Positions 12,449 through 19,028 of a stretch of 24,000 bases of DNA are shown here, piece by piece. The position numbers and the translations under genes were made by a program. The stretch lies in assembly GCA_964529855.1 (NCBI GenBank), contig CAZGZU010000002.1:11802-35801 (forward strand), given 5' to 3'. Under the pieces are notes generated by a model. That model did no database searches. It was given only the letters and a program-made list of their open reading frames with translations, and was not told the origin of the DNA. The number at the start of each line of letters is the position of its first letter. Within the stretch, counting starts at the first letter, position 1. Origin of the DNA: an uncultured Candidatus Saccharibacteria bacterium. GTDB taxonomy: Bacteria > Patescibacteriota > Minisyncoccia > Portnoybacterales > UBA2143.

Positions 12449-12799
12449 CTAGCAAAAATAATTTAATGTCGTTTGAATATCCTCTACTACTGACCGAAAA
12501 TGTTTTAGCTGTTCAGCACGTTCTTGTTTTTGCATTTCTCCAGAGCGTCCTTTAGCTGCCCTTTTGAGAGTTTCAAAAGTCTGGAGATGGCCCTGAAATT
12601 CCGGGAAGATTTTGTTTATTTGTTTAATTACTTTTTTAGCAGTTAGCTTTCCAAAGACAATGTCTGACAGGCGTAATTTCTTCCCGTCGTTTTTGGTAAT
12701 TGCTTGTACAATCATATCTCCAAAGTCTATCAGCTCTTCTGCCATATCATCCAGCACTTCAACTAATTCTCGTTCTGACGAACCTATCTTTTGATGCAT
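12449..12799 (-). CDS. Hypothetical protein (116 aa, predicted helical)
   Basis: The ATG at 12799 is preceded by aaaggtgg. The GTG at 12814 in the track overlaps that SD and is less likely. No family recognised. Confidence 0.6.
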   Translation of the reverse strand: MHQKIGSSERELVEVLDDMAEELIDFGDMIVQAITKNDGKKLRLSDIVFGKLTAKKVIKQINKIFPEFQGHLQTFETLKRAAKGRSGEMQKQERAEQLKHFRSVVEDIQTTLNYFC

Positions 12800-12895
12800 T
12801 TTATTAATCACCACCTTTCTCTGTTATAGTTTAATATTAAGAACTTGAGCCATTGGCTCTTTTTAAGTCAATTAGCTATTTATATTATATAATAA

Positions 12896-13645
12896 ATGAA
12901 TAAAACAATCAAGTCCAGTACTATGTTAGGCAAAGAAAATCTTCCTAAGCACGTAGTTATTGTTCCGGACGGTAATCGTCGTTGGGCCAAAAAAAGGGGA
13001 TTGGCTCCCTGGCGGGGCCATCTGGTTGGTGCGGAAAAAGCCAAAGAACAAGTTGAGGCAGCTCTTGATTTGGGTTTGCCTTGTCTTTCCTGGTGGGGCG
13101 GTTCCTGGGAGAATTTGACCAAGCGTCCAAAGCTAGAAGTTAGGGCGCTCTTTCGAATATATGAGCGCTATTTTCGTCAACTGGCCAAACATAAACAAAT
13201 TCATCAGAATAATGTTAAGGTCAGGGTAATTGGCCGCTGGCCGGAGGTTTTACCCAAGAAAGTTCTTGAGGCAGCCAAAGAACTAATGAAAGCAACTGAA
13301 AATTACAATCAGCGTTTGCTTAATTTCTTCATTGCCTATAATGGAACCGATGAGATGCTGGCGACCATTAAAGATATTTTAAAGGAAGGCCGTCAGAACA
13401 AAAATTTAAGAATTACTCCCGAAGTATTAAAGAAGCATCTTTGGTCTGGTTGTCTGCCGCCGGTTGATTTTCTGATTCGGACAGGCAGTTATCAGGACCC
13501 TCATAACAGCGTTGGTTTTATGATGTGGCATTGCGCTAACAGCCAGCTGTATTTCAGCAAAGAACTCTATCCTGATTTTGGCCGGGAAGAGTTTATTAAG
13601 GCGATTAAAGATTTTCAGAGAAGAGAGAGACGCTTGGGGAGATAA
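12896..13645 (+). CDS. uppS: Undecaprenyl-diphosphate synthase (cis-isoprenyl transferase)
   Basis: PKHVVIVPDGNRRWAKKRGL, a FIAYNGTDE-type region, and IRTGSYQ...NSVGFMMWHCANSQLYF. An alternative start is the ATG at 12923. Confidence 0.9.
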   Translation: MNKTIKSSTMLGKENLPKHVVIVPDGNRRWAKKRGLAPWRGHLVGAEKAKEQVEAALDLGLPCLSWWGGSWENLTKRPKLEVRALFRIYERYFRQLAKHKQIHQNNVKVRVIGRWPEVLPKKVLEAAKELMKATENYNQRLLNFFIAYNGTDEMLATIKDILKEGRQNKNLRITPEVLKKHLWSGCLPPVDFLIRTGSYQDPHNSVGFMMWHCANSQLYFSKELYPDFGREEFIKAIKDFQRRERRLGR

Positions 13646-13649
13646 TCCT

Positions 13650-14288
13650 ATGGCAAAACTAATCGACCAACTCATTAAAGAGAAGCATCTTAAAAGTCCG
13701 TCTATTATTGACGCTTTTAGGAAAATTAAGCGGGCTGATTTTGTGCCGGAAGAGCTTAAAAAGGAAAGGGGAGAGGATTTTATCGGAGAATATAATGCGC
13801 CTTTATCAATCGGTTATGGTCAGACCATTTCTCAGCCCCTGACCGTGGCTTTTATGCTGGAGCTGCTCCAGCCGAAGCCGGGCGACAAGATTCTGGATAT
13901 CGGCTCCGGTTCGGGCTGGCAAACAGCCATGCTTTGTCAGATAGTTGGTTCTAAGGGATTTGTTTATGCCATTGAATTAGTTCCTGAATTAAAAAATTTC
14001 GGACAGGCCAACGTTCAGAAATACAATTTCAAGAACGTGGAGTTTATTTGCGGCGACGCTTCAAAGGGATTGCCCGAGCAGGCGCCTTTTGATAAAATTA
14101 TTGCGGCCGCTTCAGCCGGAGAAATACCGCGGGCCTGGAAAGAGCAGTTAAAAATTGGCGGTCGTCTGGTCACGCCGGTGGAAAATAGTATTTGGCTGTT
14201 GATTAAAAAAGGCAAAGACAAGTTTGAGGAAAGAGAATATCCGGGCTTTGTTTTTGTGCCTTTAATTAAAAATGGAGATAATAAGTAA
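13650..14288 (+). CDS. pcm: Protein-L-isoaspartate O-methyltransferase
   Basis: RADFVPEE, GYGQTISQPLTVAFMLELL and ILDIGSGSGWQTAML. The start is taken at the ATG at 13650, just after the uppS stop. Confidence 0.9.
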   Translation: MAKLIDQLIKEKHLKSPSIIDAFRKIKRADFVPEELKKERGEDFIGEYNAPLSIGYGQTISQPLTVAFMLELLQPKPGDKILDIGSGSGWQTAMLCQIVGSKGFVYAIELVPELKNFGQANVQKYNFKNVEFICGDASKGLPEQAPFDKIIAAASAGEIPRAWKEQLKIGGRLVTPVENSIWLLIKKGKDKFEEREYPGFVFVPLIKNGDNK

Positions 14289-15255
14289 AAAAAGATTTAT
14301 CCTGTTTTGTTTTCTGGCGATTCTGCTGATTTTAGGTTCAGTCGGTGGTCTGACCGGCTATTTTCTGATTAAACATCAATTGTTCACTCCTTTGGATGCT
14401 CGGGGCATAGAGCAGTCTTTTGACATAGAAAGAGGCGAAGGCGTAAGAGAGATTGCCGCTAATCTGGAAGAGTACGGCTTAATCAGGAACGGCACCTGTT
14501 TTGAATATTACGTTTGGTACAAGGGCTGGAACGCCCAATTAAAGGCTGGCCAGTACTTTTTGAGTGCCGCTTTGACTATTCCTCAAATAGCCGAGAAAAT
14601 AGTTAAAGGCGAAGCTCTTTCCCAGGATATCAAGATAACCATTCCTGAGGGATTTACTTTGAAGCAGATTGATGCCCGGTTGGCGCAAGCCGGTTTGATT
14701 GAGGCCGGTCAGTTAATTGAACAATCTCATTTGGAAGGATATTTATTTCCTGACACTTATCGGTTTGACAAGGATAACACTTTAGATGAGATAGTGGACA
14801 AGATGAGAGCCAATTTTGATTACAAGCTGGACCAGAATTTACGAGATGCCATAGAGGAGCAGGGCAAAACTATTGAAGAAATTGTTATTATGGCCAGTTT
14901 GCTGGAAAAGGAAGTGTCAAGCGAAGCAGACCGGCAAATCGTATCTGGTATTTTCTGGAGGCGTCTGGCCAATAATTATCCTTTGGAGTCCTGCGCGACC
15001 ATTGCCTATATTCTTGGCGTAGACAAATGGCGTTACTCAATAGCCGATACCAAAGTGGACTCCCCATATAATACCTACCAGAACATTGGTTTGCCGCCTG
15101 GTCCCATTTGCAACCCTGGCCTTTCAGCCATCAGAGCGGCTATTAATCCTCAGCCCAATGATTATAATTTCTTTTTGTCCAAACCAGACGGCGAGACCGT
15201 TTTCAGCAAGACCCTGGAAGAGCACAATCAGAATAAAGCCAAGTATTTGCAGTAA
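14272..15255 (+). CDS. mltG: Endolytic murein transglycosylase MltG (YceG-like)
   Basis: N-terminal TM, then LKAGQYFL, LEGYLFPDTYRF, ASLLEKE, SPYNTYQNIGLPPGPICNPG. It overlaps the pcm 3' end by 17 nt. Confidence 0.9.
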   Translation: MEIISKKRFILFCFLAILLILGSVGGLTGYFLIKHQLFTPLDARGIEQSFDIERGEGVREIAANLEEYGLIRNGTCFEYYVWYKGWNAQLKAGQYFLSAALTIPQIAEKIVKGEALSQDIKITIPEGFTLKQIDARLAQAGLIEAGQLIEQSHLEGYLFPDTYRFDKDNTLDEIVDKMRANFDYKLDQNLRDAIEEQGKTIEEIVIMASLLEKEVSSEADRQIVSGIFWRRLANNYPLESCATIAYILGVDKWRYSIADTKVDSPYNTYQNIGLPPGPICNPGLSAIRAAINPQPNDYNFFLSKPDGETVFSKTLEEHNQNKAKYLQ

Positions 15256-15285
15256 GATTGTTTTCGGATTATAATATCAAATAAT

Positions 15286-15825
15286 ATGCCTCAGGAAGTT
15301 AAAAAAGTAGTCATGATTATTGCCTTTACTGATTTTAAAGATGAGGAATATTTTGTGCCTAAAGAAGTTTTGGAAAAAGCCGGTCTGACAGTTAGCACGA
15401 TTAGTAATTCCAAAGGGACTGCCCAGGGAGTCAGTGGCGGCCGGGTGCCAATTAATACCACTTTAACTGAATTAAATGTAGCTGATTATCAGGCAATAGT
15501 TTTTATTGGCGGTCCGGGCTGTTTAAAGAATTTGGACAATCAGCCCTCTTATCAGGTAGCCCAGGAAGCAATTAAGCAGGATAAGGTTTTGGCGGCCATT
15601 TGTATCAGTCCGGTTATTTTAGCCAAAGCAGGAGTTCTTCAGGATAAACAGGCAACAGTTTGGTCCGGCCCGCTGGATAAAAGCGCCCCCAAAATTCTTC
15701 AGGAGAATGGTGCTCAATATCAGGAAAAAGAAGTGGTTGCTGATGGAAGGACTGTTACCGCTAGCGGTCCGGAGGCGGCTCAAAAGTTTGGTCAGGCCAT
15801 TGTGGATATTTTAGCCAATCAATAG
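15286..15825 (+). CDS. DJ-1/PfpI-family protein
   Basis: Flavodoxin-like fold with nucleophile-elbow AAICISPVILAKAGVL, plus FIGGPG. Confidence 0.85.
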   Translation: MPQEVKKVVMIIAFTDFKDEEYFVPKEVLEKAGLTVSTISNSKGTAQGVSGGRVPINTTLTELNVADYQAIVFIGGPGCLKNLDNQPSYQVAQEAIKQDKVLAAICISPVILAKAGVLQDKQATVWSGPLDKSAPKILQENGAQYQEKEVVADGRTVTASGPEAAQKFGQAIVDILANQ

Positions 15826-15832
15826 AAAGCAC

Positions 15833-15962
15833 TTGACATTAATTAGGGAATAAAATAGTATTAAATTAGCCATAGACAATAGGCATTGAAGACCTATCGA
15901 GGTGAAATTTTTATAGTGAGCTTTGTCGAACTATTATCTATGGTTTATCCATAGATTTTTTT
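15833..15962 (+). promoter_or_regulatory. Promoter plus rplJ (L10) leader with mutually exclusive helices and a terminator-like hairpin
   Basis: Promoter: ttgaca (15833-15838), 17 nt, tagtat (15856-15861). Long-range helix catagacaatag (15871-15882) / ctattatctatg (15931-15942). Competing hairpin tctatgg (15937-15943) / ccataga (15949-15955), followed by ttttttt and the ATG at 15963. Confidence 0.55.
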
Positions 15963-16475
15963 ATGATTACCAAAGACCAGAAAAAGCAGATAATTAAAGA
16001 TTTAGTTGATAAGCTTTCCCAACAGAAAGCGGTTGTTTTTTTTGATTACACCGGTTTAAAGGTTAATCAATTACAGGAATTGCGCAGCCAGTTAAAAGAG
16101 CAGAATATAGATTGTCAGGTGATTAAAAAAACTTTGATTGATCTGGCTCTGAAAAAGGCCGGTCTTGATAAAATGGAAGCTAAGAGCTTAACCGGTCAGC
16201 TGGCTTTGGTTTTCGGCTACGAGGATGAGGTTTTGCCGGCCAAGCTTTTGTATAATTTTTCAAAAGAAAATCAGGATTTGAAGATTCTGGCCGGTCTGGT
16301 CAACGGAGAATATCTGGCTGACGAGGCAGTTATTGAACTGGCCAAGCTGCCCTCAAAACAGGAATTATTGGCCAGCTTGGTAGGGAATTTGGCCGCTCCG
16401 GTGTCCGGTTTGGTTAATGTTCTCCAGGGTAATTTACGAAGGTTGATTTTTATATTAAAAACCTGTAACATATAA
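15963..16475 (+). CDS. rplJ: 50S ribosomal protein L10
   Basis: Typical L10 sequence (VVFFDYTGLKVNQLQELRSQL..., C-terminal L12-binding helix region), directly upstream of rplL. Confidence 0.9.
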   Translation: MITKDQKKQIIKDLVDKLSQQKAVVFFDYTGLKVNQLQELRSQLKEQNIDCQVIKKTLIDLALKKAGLDKMEAKSLTGQLALVFGYEDEVLPAKLLYNFSKENQDLKILAGLVNGEYLADEAVIELAKLPSKQELLASLVGNLAAPVSGLVNVLQGNLRRLIFILKTCNI

Positions 16476-16518
16476 CTTATAAGTTATAGCCCGGCTATAA
16501 TTACAAGTTATAAGTTAT
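16472..16518. other. AT-rich palindrome in the rplJ-rplL spacer
   Basis: 11-bp arms ataacttataa (16472-16482) / ttataagttat (16508-16518), with an inner tatagcc/ggctata palindrome. It overlaps the rplJ TAA. Confidence 0.5.
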
Positions 16519-16532
16519 CAGAATAGAAATTT

Positions 16533-17030
16533 ATGAGCGAAGAAAAAAAAGAGAAAAAAGAGGCCTCGCCCAAGGCCGAGGTCAAAGCGTCCGAGGAGCC
16601 CTCTTCAGAAAAAAAAGAAGTTCCTCAGGAAAAAAAGGAGGTAAAGGTCCCAGCTAAATTTAAGGATTTGGTTAAAAAAATTGAAGAGCTGAGTGTTTTG
16701 GAATTGGCTGAATTAGTCAAGGTTCTGGAGGAAAAATTTGGAGTGAGCGCAGTGGCTATGGCCGCTGGTCCGGCCGCCGGAGCATCTGCAGCCGGCCAGG
16801 AAGGAGCGGCTGAAGAAAAGAGCAGTTTTGATATAGAACTAAAAGATGCCGGTCAGGAGAAAATCTCGGTAATTAAAGTGCTTAAGGAAATTACCGGTCA
16901 AGGCCTTAAAGAAGCCAAAGACGTAGTTGACGCAGCGCCCAAGGTAATCAAGCAGGGAGTCAAGAAAGAAGAGGCCGAAGAAATCAAGAAGAAGCTGGAA
17001 GCGGCCGGAGCGAGTGTTGAGTTGAAGTAA
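16533..17030 (+). CDS. rplL: 50S ribosomal protein L7/L12 with a ~40-aa Lys/Glu-rich N-terminal extension
   Basis: A canonical L12 body runs from ...[31 protein letters not shown] to the C-terminal domain ...[22 protein letters not shown]...GASVELK. The only ATG that keeps the frame is at 16533. Confidence 0.85.
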   Translation: MSEEKKEKKEASPKAEVKASEEPSSEKKEVPQEKKEVKVPAKFKDLVKKIEELSVLELAELVKVLEEKFGVSAVAMAAGPAAGASAAGQEGAAEEKSSFDIELKDAGQEKISVIKVLKEITGQGLKEAKDVVDAAPKVIKQGVKKEEAEEIKKKLEAAGASVELK

Positions 17031-17048
17031 ATTTGAGTAAGACTTGAG

Positions 17049-17154
17049 CAAGGCCCGGCCTCAAAACATACGGCCTTGCCCAACGATATTTTTAAGATAT
17101 TCTTTGATTAAGGGGGGAAGATGGAAAGACCGTATGTTTTGAGGCCGGGCCTTG
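17049..17154. repeat. Inverted pair of module-X repeats (26-nt arms, ~50-nt spacer) downstream of rplL
   Basis: caaggcccggcctcaaaacatacggcc (17049-17075) versus the reverse complement of gaccgtatgttttgaggccgggccttg (17128-17154); 25 of 26 nt are complementary. Confidence 0.8.
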
Positions 17155-17163
17155 ATTATAATT

Positions 17164-17739
17164 ATGTCTAAAGAAATCTTGGAACAACTTTTTGATTCGC
17201 CGGTTAAAGTCAGGCTGCTTAAGTTGTTTTTAAGGAATCCTAGTCAGTCGTTCGCCATTCGGGACATAGTCAAGCGAATAAAAACTGATTTGTCTTCCTG
17301 CCAGCGACAGATAAGGAAATTGGAAAGTATTAAGTTTGTTAATGGCAAACTCAAGAGCGGCCGAAAGATTTATTCGGCTAATCGCGATTTTGATTTCTAT
17401 AATGAATTGAGCACCCTGGTTCTGAAATCCAGTCCGGCTTCCAAGGAAAAGATATTGAGCCGGCTAAGAAGTTTAGGCAGAATCAAATTAGCCATTCTCT
17501 CCGGTATTTTTGTTAATCTGGATAATTCACGAGTAGACCTTTTAGTTGTCGGCGATGCCATCAGAAAGAAAAAGTTAGCCAATTTTTTCAGGGACTTGGA
17601 AGCAGAGGCCGGAAGAGAGATTGATTACGTTGTCTTGTCTACGCAGGATTTTAAATATCGTTATGATATGTTTGACAGATTTATCCGGGACATCTTGGAA
17701 AAACCCCATGAAAAATTGGTTAATAAATTGAAGGTCTAA
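17164..17739 (+). CDS. Winged-helix (ArsR/MarR-like) DNA-binding protein with an uncharacterised C-terminal domain
   Basis: N-terminal PVKVRLLKLFLRNPSQSFAIRDIVKRIKTDLSSCQRQIRKLESIKFV looks like a wHTH. The start is taken at the ATG at 17164, because the TTG at 17152 lies inside the repeat. Confidence 0.7.
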   Translation: MSKEILEQLFDSPVKVRLLKLFLRNPSQSFAIRDIVKRIKTDLSSCQRQIRKLESIKFVNGKLKSGRKIYSANRDFDFYNELSTLVLKSSPASKEKILSRLRSLGRIKLAILSGIFVNLDNSRVDLLVVGDAIRKKKLANFFRDLEAEAGREIDYVVLSTQDFKYRYDMFDRFIRDILEKPHEKLVNKLKV

Positions 17740-17749
17740 GAGTCCTGAC

Positions 17750-17823
17750 GGACGATTAGCTCAGTGGTTTAGAGCACTGCACTCACATTGCAGGGGTCGC
17801 GGGTTCGAATCCTGCATCGTCCA
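17750..17823 (+). tRNA. tRNA-Val (anticodon CAC)
   Basis: Acceptor ggacgat/atcgtcc, anticodon arm ctgca-ctcacat-tgcag, T-loop ttcgaat. Confidence 0.9.
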
Positions 17824-17833
17824 CGTCCAACTT

Positions 17834-18271
17834 ATGGTTATCACCCCTCATATGCTAGTTGGCGCAGCTGTAGGCAGTCAAGCTTCTAGTGTTTGGCTGG
17901 CTTTTTGTTTTGGGCTGCTTAGTCATTTTTTGATTGATGCTTTACCGCACTGGGATTATATTAAAAGAGTTGATATTGGCAATCCCAGCCATTTGAAAAA
18001 AATAGCTCTGGATTTTATTTTAGGAACTCTGCTGGTTTTGATTTTAGTCTGGTCAGAGCCGCAAAAGATTTTTATTCTGATTGCCATAATAGCCGCGCTT
18101 TTGCCTGACTTTTTGGAAGTTGCTTATCAGAATTTTAATATTAAACTTCTTCGGTCTTTTAGCCGGTTCCATCACTGGGTTCATTATCATAAGATTCTAG
18201 CTTTTTGGCAGGGCCTGCCATTTACCTTGATAGTTTCCCTGATAGCTGTTTTGCTTCTGCTTCTAAAATAA
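17834..18271 (+). CDS. Small integral membrane protein (possibly DUF457/YdjM-like; weak call)
   Basis: Four to five hydrophobic helices, with LSHFLIDALPHWDY and HHWVHYH His/Asp motifs. The ATG lies 10 nt after tRNA-Val and has no SD. Confidence 0.55.
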   Translation: MVITPHMLVGAAVGSQASSVWLAFCFGLLSHFLIDALPHWDYIKRVDIGNPSHLKKIALDFILGTLLVLILVWSEPQKIFILIAIIAALLPDFLEVAYQNFNIKLLRSFSRFHHWVHYHKILAFWQGLPFTLIVSLIAVLLLLLK

Positions 18272-18350
18272 CTGATTTTAAAGACTCAAACCTTGCCAAA
18301 AGAGGCCAGTGGGGATAATTTGTGGAAAGAGGAATTTGGCTTTTGGGAAC

Positions 18351-18378
18351 AAATGGCTTGAATAAGCCATTTTTTATT
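18351..18378 (+). terminator. Rho-independent terminator
   Basis: Stem aaatggctt / aagccattt around a 4-nt loop, followed by tttttatttt. Confidence 0.65.
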
Positions 18379-18412
18379 TTTAGAGAAAATAAAACTGCTT
18401 GTTTTGGAGTGT

Positions 18413-18441
18413 TTGACAGTGGATTACTGGTGGAATATAAT
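18413..18441 (+). promoter_or_regulatory. Perfect-consensus sigma70-type promoter upstream of mraZ (candidate Pmra)
   Basis: TTGACA (18413-18418), exactly 17 nt, then TATAAT (18436-18441). Confidence 0.65.
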
Positions 18442-18501
18442 AGAAGTCGTGTAGGAAATTGTGGATAAATGTGGGGATAACTTACGCAGTTTGTGGATAA
18501 A
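18419..18501 (+). promoter_or_regulatory. Phased GTGGN repeats (candidate MraZ operator) that also contain two perfect DnaA-box 9-mers
   Basis: GTGGA/GTGGG start at 18419, 18430, 18461, 18471 and 18493. The exact 11-mer ttgtggataaa occurs at 18459-18469 and 18491-18501. tgtggataa is the reverse complement of TTATCCACA. Confidence 0.5.
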
Positions 18502-18596
18502 AAGATTTTTCAAATAGATTCAAGGTTTGACCCTATGAGCATAACTCGTTTTTAAGGATTATTTCTCTTAATGTCAAACTTTGGATTTATAATGAA

Positions 18597-19028
18597 ATGT
18601 TCATTGGGGAGTATTATCATACCATTGATACTAAAAGACGATTAGCTATTCCGGTTAAATTTCGGAGGGACCTGGGCAAAAAAGCTGTTTTGACCAGAGG
18701 ATTAGATAATTGTCTTTATCTTTATTCTTTAGCTGAATGGGAAAAATTAGCCGAGAAATTAGCTCGTTTGCCAATTAGTCGTTCTGACAGTCGGGCTTTT
18801 GCCCGTTTGATGTTGGCTGGCGCCATGGACATGAGTTTGGACAGATTGGGCAGAATACTTATCCCGGATTATTTAAAGGATTATGCCGGCTTGGGGAAAA
18901 AAATTGTTCTGGCCGGCCTTTATAACCGAATAGAAATTTGGGATGGCAATAAATGGGAATCTTACAAAAAACAAACGACCAAACAGGTAGAGAACATAGC
19001 CGAGAAAATGAACGAACTGGGGATTTAG
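18597..19028 (+). CDS. mraZ: Transcriptional regulator MraZ
   Basis: MFIGEYYHTIDTKRRLAIPVKFR... and a second DxxxR-type repeat LDRLGRILIPDYL; two SpoVT/AbrB-like halves. It is the first gene of the dcw cluster. Confidence 0.92.
   Translation: MFIGEYYHTIDTKRRLAIPVKFRRDLGKKAVLTRGLDNCLYLYSLAEWEKLAEKLARLPISRSDSRAFARLMLAGAMDMSLDRLGRILIPDYLKDYAGLGKKIVLAGLYNRIEIWDGNKWESYKKQTTKQVENIAEKMNELGI

Noticed and set aside
12345-12467. 40-codon plus-strand ORF (MEFKGMKKALGIMECRSKLIPNAAFCGSMVISSSFLAKII)
   Set aside because: It consists largely of the terminator hairpin at 12368-12411 and has no SD.
18290-18600. Chromosomal replication origin (oriC), suggested by the DnaA-box cluster and an AT-rich stretch at 18371-18400
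   Set aside because: Genes on both sides are co-oriented on the plus strand, no dnaA or dnaN is nearby, and the boxes lie downstream of a perfect promoter directly in front of mraZ. A promoter/operator reading is more parsimonious. This is not excluded without GC skew on the full contig.
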